NCBI GenBank assembly: GCA_002189035.1
Contig: NEEC01000009.1
Location: 2,728,001-2,792,000, forward strand
DNA from: Utricularia gibba
Taxonomy: Eukaryota; Plantae; Magnoliophyta
Direction: 5' to 3'
DNA: 64,000 nt
A model generated the notes under the pieces. It was not told the DNA's origin. It made no database searches and saw only the letters and a program-made list of their open reading frames with translations. The translations under genes and the position numbers were made by a program. Below are positions 54,455 to 64,000 of this stretch, one piece after another. Numbering within the stretch: position 1 is the first letter of the stretch; the number at the start of each line of letters is the position of its first letter.

Positions 54455-55399
54455 TCATGTGGAGGATTTGTCGCCATTGTTGTGGACCTTCTTCTTGCTC
54501 ACGTGAAGGGCGCGAAGCAGTCCGAGCCCCTTGATGGCCTTCGTTATCTTTCCGAGCTTCTTCCGCCCCATTCCTAAGCTCATTTTTCCGGCCGACAGTT
54601 TCAACGCCTGCATACAGCAGACTTCCGCTCCGCGGCTACCCCCCATGAGCTCTTCCTCCTCCTCCTCATCCTCGTCGTGGTCCTCATTGGCGGGTTGATC
54701 GCTCTTCGACGTCGCCGGGAAGATGCACTCCGCCTCCTCCCACAGCGAGTCCATCCCTTCGCCGCTGTGCCGCTCCTCCAAGAGCTTACAAGCCAGCGTC
54801 CGCTTCCATTCTTTGCTGCTGTTTCTGTCAGACTGCTCCGGCGTATCACTCGAAGCAGCAACCGGCTTCTTCGACGTGGAACTGCAACTTGAACTTGAAC
54901 TGAAGCAGAAACTTCCATCGTCAGCGGAAGGAGAAGCTTCTTCCTGATAACATCTAGAAGCCAACTTCGGGGAATTTTCCACCTGTCCCTTTGCAACCTC
55001 CTCCTTTTCATGGAGGCTTCCATTGATCTCAGCATTCTTCATCTCAGCCTTGGCCTCTGGAGGGGGTTCTTCCATGTTCTCTATTGCATCTGCTGCTGTT
55101 CCAAACAGAAACATTTCACAGATACTGAGATCATCAATACCCAGAAAAAGCTCTTTATTCCAACGGCTTTCGGCCGTGTTCAATTTGGCAATGGCGGAAA
55201 CAACTGTGACATAGTAAACAAGACATGCGGTGAAGAAGAGGGGGCAGAGGAAGGAGATGACTTTCAGAAGATATGGGAAGAGGACAACAACCAAGCAGCA
55301 CAAACAGAGAGGATGGGAGAGTAGCACTTTAAAAAAGGGAGATATTTCAGACAAGACAAGAGTAAGAAGATGAGCGTCACGAGTTAACCTCTCAGCCAT
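54455..55399 (-). CDS. Uncharacterised plant protein with N-terminal hydrophobic segment and conserved C-terminal motifs (At3g25130-like), intronless CDS
   Basis: 314-aa ORF from MAERL; TM-like LCCLVVVLFPYLLKVISFLCPLFFTACL; EWKRTLACKLLEER; acidic run; CCMQALKLSAGKMSLG, recalled as the At3g25130 family signature. Confidence 0.75.
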   Translation of the reverse strand: MAERLTRDAHLLTLVLSEISPFFKVLLSHPLCLCCLVVVLFPYLLKVISFLCPLFFTACLVYYVTVVSAIAKLNTAESRWNKELFLGIDDLSICEMFLFGTAADAIENMEEPPPEAKAEMKNAEINGSLHEKEEVAKGQVENSPKLASRCYQEEASPSADDGSFCFSSSSSCSSTSKKPVAASSDTPEQSDRNSSKEWKRTLACKLLEERHSGEGMDSLWEEAECIFPATSKSDQPANEDHDEDEEEEEELMGGSRGAEVCCMQALKLSAGKMSLGMGRKKLGKITKAIKGLGLLRALHVSKKKVHNNGDKSST

Positions 55400-55790
55400 C
55401 TCTGCAGAAGAATAGAGAAATTGGAGAAGAAGACCAAGGAGAAAGAAGGAAATAAAGATTCTTCTTTCTGAACAGAGCAAGTGGAAAAATACAAGGGAGC
55501 TGAGTGATGAATAATATTATATAGAAAAAATAAAGAAAGAAATGTGCATTAAAGGAACAATGAAGGGGGTAGTTTTGATTAGTCAAGATGGAGACTGTAC
55601 AATGTGCAGTATGCAAGAACAGGAATGTTGTGTAGAACATCCAAACTTCAGTAAAATAGGAGGCTGATGGAAATGGAAACAATCAAATATTCCTGGTTCA
55701 TCAAATCCACCAGCATTCGATTTCCCTGTGGGATGATAGAACGAAGAGAGACGACTGAGCATCTCAATATTAATGCCTCTGGAATGTGGT

Positions 55791-57060
55791 TCAAAGAAGC
55801 TCGGCTTCATCCGTATTGTGAGTCCTGCATATGGAACAAGTCATCACAATCATGTAAGCTCTTATTACAGACAGAAGTTTTCTTACATAATACTATGGCA
55901 TTCCACTCTACTTATCATGACACCAACAAGTCATGCACTGATACTGATATGATATAATGACAGATGTACACTTTCAAGGCCAGAAAAACTTCATTCCCAA
56001 AATTTGTGCAAATTTTCATGTCTAAAGAAGGTACCGATTTCAAGGCCTCACTGTTGATATTCTGTGAAACAATCCCAAAATATAACATGATATGGCCAGT
56101 AAACAAATTATCACAAGGTGAGAAACGCATGAGACATCACCCCTTCTGCAAACCATGATAACCTGAAGACTTCACGCGGGTGAGGATAGTAAAGAAAATG
56201 CAGCAGTTTGCTGTAGATCGTAATCATTGCAAAACATGAACAAAGAAAGATGGCCTAAGTAATGCCGTACAAGTCAATTAAGAAGGGATTAGAAGGTAGG
56301 ATTGATTGAATGACTTTTAATAGTTATGTTGGAAAGAACTGAATAACACATGGGAAACAAATCTACGGGTCCAGTTCATTGTATATACATCATGCAACTA
56401 CTTTTTTGCCCACATTACCAGCTTTTGCATTCTAGGGACCCCCAACTGTCTGCTTCAACATTTTTATCGTAGGTAGTAATGGGAATTTTACTGCGAACCC
56501 CACAGTTAGTAAACATTTTGTAGTTGATAGAATTTGAAAATTTTGTAAAACATGGTCGACATTATCCAAAACTGATGCAAATACCCAAACCATGACAGTA
56601 TCTGCACCAGAGGCCGAATGCGATGATTAAAATAGCTTCCTTTTCCACTTCTCTATAGCTCATCAAGAAGTCAAGAAGTACCCTCTCATTGCATTTGATC
56701 CCATAAAAAACATCTTCCCAATGCGACAGATACACAAAAATTCACAACATAATCAATTGAACGACTGGGGATACTCCATCGCTAAATCAATCTGGTAACC
56801 AAAAAATTATGAAAAAAAAAACAGCCTCAGCAGAAATTTTTCGCCATCAAACTCACACCATTCTTGAAAGGAAGAGAATGAACGAGTCGCCACACACGAA
56901 GGGGAGAACAAACCTGAATGCAAACTTTCTATATCAGCGATATGGAACCCGTAGCTTAAAAACACAGCATAAACCTCCATCATTCCAAGAACCCCAATAA
57001 AATCTTGCAAGCACCAGAATTAACCAGAAAAATCCATCCATCAAGACTCGAAGGCGCCAT
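55791..57060 (-). other. Candidate unannotated spliced small ORF / multi-exon leader with an 11-nt micro-exon
   Basis: Canonical splice sites define exons 57060-57025, 56601-56591, 56210-56163, 55824 onward; they splice to a 42-aa ORF. No homology recognised. Confidence 0.35.
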
Positions 57061-57490
57061 TTCACATTTCAAAAGGGATGAGCCGCAAGACTAACGCGCT
57101 GGAAAAGAAACCGTCCAAGAGAAGAACGAAACACGAAAAAAGACACAAATACCCTCTACCTGCAAAAAATCCATTATAGCCTTCATGGGCCTAGGCCTAT
57201 TATATGCTTCAGCCCAACATCAGGCAATATGATATGAAATATTAAAAAAAAAAGAAAACAATAGCCTATTTTTGTTACGAGATTATCAAAAAAGGAAACA
57301 GAAGAAGAAAAAAAATAAAACAAAAATTATGAAATTAACCGTTACCATAAAAAACACACAGAAGCATATAAAGCAGTATTTTTACCGAATACCAGTTCTA
57401 CTAATGATCCAAAATTTACCGCGAGAAAGTTACCATATTTTACGCAGGTTAATTCTTTTTAACCCGCAGTTGCTACACTTCATTTGCAAA

Positions 57491-58066
57491 ATGGATTTCC
57501 ACGTGATTCGACCCAGGCCGCCGCCCCCCCGGGCGCCACCGCCGAAACCTGAACCGGCGGAGGAGCTCCCAGAGCCCCCTCCTCCACCTCCCCCTCCCCC
57601 TCCGGAGAATCCTCCTCCTCCGCCGCCGCTGCCACACCACTACTACGGCCACCGCCCCAGAAGCATCGAGTACATGAACTCCAGGACGTGGAGGCTGAAC
57701 TTGGCTGACTCGAGAACAAATGATTCTCCCCATTTTGGCGACTTCGATTACACTTACTACCCTTTTCATCCTCAAGGAGTCCGCCGGAGTTACAGATACG
57801 ATCCAGAGGACATGTTTCTTCGACATCCACCATCATCATCATCATCTATGCCTTTTCCTCCCCCGCAAGGTGGTGCTCTTCAGGGGCCACTGCCGGGGCT
57901 CCTGCTTCCGCCGACGTCGGAATACCAACACGGTGGGTTTGCTCACCCGCCGGAGTATAATCAGGGCTACGGACGGCAGCCGCCCCCGATGACGTTCTAC
58001 TATCCACCGCCGTACCCGACGGGATTCTTCAGTGATGAGAATCCTCAAGGATGCACCCCTATGTGA
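57491..58066 (+). CDS. Proline-rich protein with HIPP-type C-terminal FSDENP-xx-CaaX tail but no HMA domain
   Basis: 191-aa GC-rich ORF from MDFHVIR; poly-Pro; ends YPTGFFSDENPQGCTPM*, resembling the FSDENPNACSIM tail of HIPP proteins. Confidence 0.75.
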   Translation: MDFHVIRPRPPPPRAPPPKPEPAEELPEPPPPPPPPPPENPPPPPPLPHHYYGHRPRSIEYMNSRTWRLNLADSRTNDSPHFGDFDYTYYPFHPQGVRRSYRYDPEDMFLRHPPSSSSSMPFPPPQGGALQGPLPGLLLPPTSEYQHGGFAHPPEYNQGYGRQPPPMTFYYPPPYPTGFFSDENPQGCTPM

Positions 58067-58694
58067 CAGAATTCTCAAGAACATTTCAGAAATAATGTTT
58101 TCTTTAATATATAAATTTGGGTTTAAATATTATTTAAGTTGCACGTTGAATAAAAAATAACAAAATTTAAATGTAAAATGTGTTTAATGAAAAAATTTAT
58201 TTCAAATATTTAAATTTAGAACATCGCTATGACTTAACCAAGAAACACACTTCGCACCACATGGCAAAATGCATCATCTAACAATCCTTGCGGTAGGAAT
58301 AGGCTATAAGAGAAACAGGGGAGCATGGCTAATGCTATTTAACATTCCATTTTCTGGTAGCCCCCCTCCTCCCTGGCATAACTTCTACTAGCAAGCCACA
58401 TACAGCATGGAGATAACGCTTCTCCTCCAGTGTGATCAAAATCAAATTTAGCAGGGTATTCCACAACTGCATTCACCCGAAAAAATGGAGCGCAGAGGCC
58501 ACAATGATTCAGGCTGCAACCATACAGACATTTTACATGAGGCATAATCATGTCAAGACCGTGTGCTGCTTAGCTGCATATCAACCATTTCAAGTATGAG
58601 AAGAAAGATTGTGGAGAAGTTCTTTTAACAGATCCACTAAAAATAACCCCACAGTAACAAACATGTGTGTGTATATATATGGTGGAGATGGATA

Positions 58695-59906
58695 TCAAGG
58701 AGAGAGGGAATGGATGGAAAGAGATGAGGGGGTACCTCCGGAAGCACGTGTGGAAGGAAGGTAGATTCTAATGATATCTCTAGCAGTCGTTCTCCTCCTG
58801 CAGGTGGGGCATTTGGCTTGGGTAGCTATGGCAGTCTTTATGCAAGCCTTGCAAAAAATGTGACCGCATTTTGTTGTCATCTCTTCAACAAACGGACCCA
58901 TACAAATTGGACAGCTTAGTTCCGGTTCTTTATGTGGAGGTTGAGATGGAGGTAGTCGTGGTGAACGATCCAACATACCAGTATTCCTAGCCTTTGCATG
59001 CAATATAAGGTCATAGATCACTGTTAATAAAACAATTATCCATATGGGAAAAAGAATGTATTAGTCAAAGACAACAACTCTAACACAAACAATTCAATGC
59101 ATGGAAAAAAGTCATGTACCGTTATATTATAGTTGAAATGGAAACTAATAGCATGCAAAAGGAATTTACAAGATCTATAGGCAAAGAAGGCTGAAGGAAG
59201 ATAATAATAAAAGCATGCACATCAGGTGAAAAGAGAAAATGTAGACCGTAAAAATCTTGTAAGACATGGATTTAGGACTCACTTCTAAGTTTATATAAAG
59301 GTCACAATTTATAACTGTTTGGTTCCTTCTTCGCTTGTTGCGAGATGTCCTTTCCACTGAAATGTCACCAAATATATAGACCATTAATTCCAGAAAAATT
59401 AATTAACCATGATTCGGGGAACTGGTGGTTGAGATAACTTCAATAACGTACTGTACACAAGAAAACAGAGCAAGGAATAGTCGAAAGTCTAATCTCTAGA
59501 ATTCTCATTACCAGCTTCTACATCAACCACAGGGCGATTACGTCTAAAAGTTCGTCTCTGATTCTTTTTCGCCTGAAAAAAAGTCCCATGTAAAGATCGA
59601 TAAACAGACTAAAGCACAGCACAACAAGAAAACATATTTGAGCAATGCAATTATTTAAGCATGTACTTCAGCAAAAGCCCTGGGAGAAGAGATAACGACA
59701 TCATCATCAAGTGCCTCTACATCAATTGGTGGAGGTTGCGCAGTGCCACCAGCAACTGCTGTTTGTGTATCCTGAATCCTACCATGACTTGAGGTTCCCT
59801 CCTGACTCCGACTTTCACAAGGAGGTGCAACATTAAGATCCACACCTATCAAAGGCCCTCTGCTTCTAGCCCTTGCAGACCTCCGAATTGGCTCCTGGCT
59901 GCTCAT
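58695..59906 (-). CDS. SUMO-targeted RING-HC ubiquitin ligase (STUbL, RNF4-like), 4 coding exons
   Basis: SIM-like motifs PIDVE, DDVVI, VVDVE, VINCD; DLN motif; RING CPIC..KCGHIFCKAC..CPTC followed by IIRIYLP. Confidence 0.9.
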
Positions 59907-59927
59907 GATAGAATAAACTTGAAGTTC

Positions 59928-60024
59928 TTTACACCCTGAAAAACATCAAAACCAGTCAATTCCCAAAAGTCACACGCTTTACACCCTGAAAAAAATAACT
60001 GAAACAAAAGTCACACGCTTTACA
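59928..60024. repeat. Short imperfect tandem duplication at the 3' end of the STUbL 5'-UTR intron
   Basis: TTTACACCCTGAAAAA at 59928 and 59978; CAAAAGTCACACGCTTTACA at 59964 and 60005. Confidence 0.85.
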
Positions 60025-62476
60025 AATTCCGTGATTACACCAGTTCATCCAACTCTCATAAAGATGACCAGCATTCTTCAAAAAAAAAAAAAACTCGTCA
60101 AAAGATGCTGAATCGAGTACATTCATCCCGATCAGAAGTTGCACCCAAAATAAACATCTACAAAAAGCCTCAAAACAGTCAAGAAAAAAACCCTAGCAAC
60201 GGCGTTACCGAAACAAACGAGGCGAAATCTTTCGATGCCCAGAATCACCCAAACACCTCAAATAGCGGATCCCTCAAAACCCTGATGAGGAATAAGAATC
60301 CTGAAACTTTTATATATCTCGTCGGAAGTGGGCGAGCCGATCGCGAAGGTTCTCAATACTACCCCGAAACCAGGCCTTTTTAGGGATTCAGAAAGGGCGT
60401 CACGATACACGTATGTTGTTACGTCACAGAACGCGTATCAAACCCTTGCATTGGAAACTAATAATGAAATAATGAAAAAGATCCAATTTTTTTCACATTT
60501 ATTTACCTTTTTAATTAAAATATTTTTTCTCAAGGAAAGAAAACAATAAACATAGGCATTTCCTAATATAATAAGCTCCTGGTATTTTTCCTATTAAAAA
60601 TATTAGATTTTAGCCTTATTAATTGAAATATATAGAGAAATTATATTCAATAAATATGGTTGAAATTCCTTTTGGTCAATGCTATGAATAATAGGGTAGG
60701 GTTTATGTTATGCAAAGTAAGAGGGAGGCATAAAGAGATTTTATTTAGTTTCCTATAATAGAATAATAGGCATTTTTAAAAAATAATATTATATATACTC
60801 GTAATTTATTATTTTTGCTACATTTTTGGTTCGTTTTATATTATTTAATCAATATATTTAAACTATGTAAACAGAAAATTTCCATTAGAATATGTTTGAT
60901 ACAAAATTAGATGATTTATTAGTATTTTAATTTTAATAATTTTTTGTTTCTGCTTTTTCAAAAAAAAATTGAAGAAAAATAGAGTTTTTCAAAAATAATA
61001 AACGTTTTTAAATTTCTACTTATTTTAAAACAAATATAGTTCATATATAATAATAAAATTATTTCTAAAATATTCTTTGAACATCAAAACTTTTTGGAAG
61101 TATAAACATCACATTTAAATAATATTTTTTTAACTAGCTATCTACCCCAAATCCAACTGCAAGGTAAGGAGTCTGATTATTTATTACAGATAAAGAATGT
61201 GGGGTGATTAAATAAAAGAATCATATTAATTTTATATGATACTTTTTCTTGGAAAATAAAAAACTTGAAAATTATATATCTAACAGAGATAATATTGGCA
61301 GTGATGACACCCTATCACTCTTGAGTGTTGTGATTTAAATAATGACGTGTCAAGAGAAGCGCGTGTGTTGTTTTATCATTCTTAATTCATTTTATTTAAT
61401 GCCATGTCACTGCCACTAGGAAAATTCAAACTAGACCATTGAATTGTCGCAATATGCATGATACATATTCAAGATATAGTCTTGAAAAAAACACCAATAT
61501 TTTAGTTCTCCACAAAGAAATCTCAGCCATCTTCATATTTATCTTTTCGATTTTCTTGTTTACGATTAGAATCACTGAAATAACTAATTAATAAATAAGA
61601 TCGTTATTATAATAAATTATTTTTTTATTTTTAAGGAAGATATGAAGAAGAAATCAATCACGTGTCGATAATAATTTTATTATTTAGAGGCTGATCCGTA
61701 TCCTTGAATTTTTGGATCCTCCATGTTTAGGATAAGATTCTTAAATTCCATATTTAAAATACTACATCTAAATCCTTTATTCATAATAATAAATTTTCAT
61801 TAATTTTTAAATAATATGTATAAATATAAATGAAACGTTAAAAATACAAAATAAGAGATTATCAATATGAATAATAACGAGAATTTCATGAAATGGGTAA
61901 AGATGATTCGAAACAACTACTCATTTAGATACATATGCATTCCTTTTCATTTTAAATCATAGTTAAATTGCGACTAAATTATAAACTCTTCATAATAAGG
62001 TTTGAATTAAATTAAAATCGTATTGTAATTCAATCGTAATTGGATTTTGATTTAACTATAATAATGCTTGATATTTTTTATAAGAATTTTTTGAAAATAA
62101 AAGGAATTATTTAATAACGATTTGTTGTTAGCGTGGTTTTAAAACCCTAGCATTCTCATGCGTATTATGTATAGAATAGCCAATGAGGAGAGGGGAGCCA
62201 TAAATCTACGCAATTACTGTGGTTAATTACCGGATTTTCTCACATAGACCGGCGAATGATACAGTTCCATAATTCTTCCCCCGATTTTACGGGACCTACG
62301 CCTCTATGTGACGGATCCTCAAGATTTCACCGCAGTAATTAATGTACGCTATCATTATTTTCTTTTATTTTTATCCCCCCCGGGTGAAAAATGAAATTAC
62401 CTGTCATCATCCATCACGCGCGTGGATTCTTTTTTCCACCCTTGCCCTTCCCGAATTAGAAAATTAGATTGTGTGT

Positions 62477-62623
62477 GGTGTTTTAAAATTGGATTAAAAA
62501 ATAAAAACAATCCGGTTCGATCAGATGACTACGTCCGGTTTAAGGATACAAAACCGGAGCATCGGGTCAGAGTAGGATCAGGAAAAAACCGGGCCATTTC
62601 GGATTTTCCGGTTTGAAAACATA
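62477..62623. mobile_element. Possible degenerate MITE remnant
   Basis: TGTTTTAAAA (62479) and TTTGAAAACA (62612) form imperfect inverted termini around five CCGG-core motifs; no TSD seen. Confidence 0.3.
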
Positions 62624-62944
62624 GGCAGTTGGTCTGAAGCAACTTCCCGAACCCACATTTGAAAAAGATGTGTATAATATCGATCAACTTGTTAGTCAAT
62701 GACGCATCTCATCGTTGGTCAACTGACCTATGGAGAGAAAGATGAGTTGGGCGGCTTTCTTTTCTGCTTCTTCAATGTTGTTCTCTTTTTGATACGCCCT
62801 GTATTTGAGAAGTGATTCGGGCTGAGAATTGGTGTTCTGGTTTCTAGGAAATCGGAAAAAGGTGATCTTTTTGAAGAGATTTCGAGACGTGACTCTGGAA
62901 AGTTATCATTTTTCTGACTGGTAGTATAGTACCCATGATCCTTG

Positions 62945-64000
62945 ATGGAGCTGAAGAACAGGAGGAGGAAGAACTGGGTGACATGTTTTGCCTCTTTGTT
63001 GTTTGTTTTACTTGTGGCGACGTCTTCAAATATGGGGATCATGGCCACGGTGAAACTTCCTTTGTTTTTCACTCTTCCAACAGCAGCCCCTGAGGCAGAG
63101 GGGAAGACTTCATTCAACGTCAGCATCCCCAGATTCGGGTACCTGATTTCTGGATCACGAGGGGATTTAGAGAAACTGTGGAGATGTTTTCTTGCCGTGT
63201 ACCATCCCAGAAACTACTACATCCTTCATCTCGACCTCGACTCGCCGGAGCTGGAGAGATCGGAGCTGCTTCACCGGGTCGACAATCACACTCTTTTAAC
63301 CAACATCAGCAATGTACTCGTGAACAAGAAATCGAATATGGTTACCTACAAGGGGCCCTCCATGGTTGCCAACACTCTCCATGCTTGTGCTATACTCCTC
63401 AAGCGATACCAGAACTGGGATTGGTTCATCAATCTCAGCGCATCAGACTACCCGTTGGTGACACAAGATGGTATGCATCATGGCGCGTTTCAATTCGTTT
63501 TCTTTTCTACGGAAGCATCTGATGCGAATATACCGGTGCTGTGCTTTTCGTAGATCTTCTTTATGCGTTCTGGGGCCTAAGCAGAGACTACAATTTCATC
63601 GAACACACCAGTGACTTGAGCTGGAAGAAGTAAGTTGACTGCTTCTTCTTCTTGGTACGAATATATCTATGGGAAAGCTTGACTTTTGGTGTATGGGGTT
63701 TCCACCTGCAGCGACCAGAGAGCGAAGCCTGTGATCATGGACCCTGGTCTTTACCGAAATACAAAATCAGACATATTTTACTTGTTCCCAGCGAGGGATC
63801 TGCCCACAGCATTCAAGTTGTTCACAGGTCAGTTAACACGAATTCCAGCATTGGATGTAAAACACCATGAATCTGGTTACAAATCGCCTTCTCGTTAATG
63901 TATCTGCTTCAGGCTCTGCTTGGATGGTGCTGTCTCGTTCGTTCGTGGAGTACTGCATCTGGGGGTGGGACAATTTGCCTAGAACTCTGCTCATGTACTA
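62945..64000 (+). CDS. GT14 Core-2/I-branching family glycosyltransferase (GlcAT14-like beta-glucuronosyltransferase), runs off window end
   Basis: Type-II TM anchor; [13 protein letters not shown]; [12 protein letters not shown]; [12 protein letters not shown]; [18 protein letters not shown]; DPGLY; PTAFKLFTG|[28 protein letters not shown]. Confidence 0.93.

Noticed and set aside
54601-55035. 144-aa Arg-rich alternative-frame ORF
   Set aside because: Out-of-frame reading of a GA-rich acidic CDS.
57272-57490. N-terminal extension of the Pro-rich ORF from a TTG start (264 aa)
   Set aside because: Lys/Asn-rich translation of AT-rich promoter DNA; the first ATG in good context is at 57491.
16839-64000. 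Cell-wall/apoplast gene cluster (GH3, CRRSP, AIR12 x2, GH17, GT14)
   Set aside because: Interspersed with unrelated housekeeping genes and forming no coherent pathway; these are large families, so co-occurrence is expected.

Overview
This is plant (angiosperm, probably eudicot) nuclear DNA from a compact, gene-dense region. I can support 23 protein-coding genes in 64 kb, most with short introns: UBP8-like deubiquitinase (5' partial), SDH6, TOUSLED kinase, SLU7, a P-class PPR, a GH3 beta-glucosidase, a divergent Asn-tRNA ligase (SYNC2 type), CRRSP55-like, two tandem AIR12/DOMON genes, SAP30BP/HCNGP, plastid SHMT (SHM3), FKBP62/ROF, FKBP15, AIP1, an HPP transporter, an A6-like GH17-X8 glucanase, PUP4-like, G3BP/NTF2-RRM, an unknown TM protein, a Pro-rich protein with a HIPP-type tail, a STUbL RING ligase and a GT14 (3' partial). 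I found no tRNA, rRNA, CRISPR array or intact transposon, and no clearly novel multi-gene system. The best leads are: (1) an unannotated spliced unit at 55.4-57.1 kb with an 11-nt micro-exon and a small ORF; (2) an HMA-less protein with a HIPP prenylation tail; (3) an AsnRS paralog with degenerate catalytic motifs; (4) a transcript-like structured region divergent from TSL. Seven coding sequences/sites carry -1 frameshifts in homopolymer runs, most likely assembly errors, so apparent pseudogenes here should not be trusted. Four GC-AG introns are required by frame. Exon boundaries were read by eye, and Arabidopsis locus IDs are recalled rather than searched.
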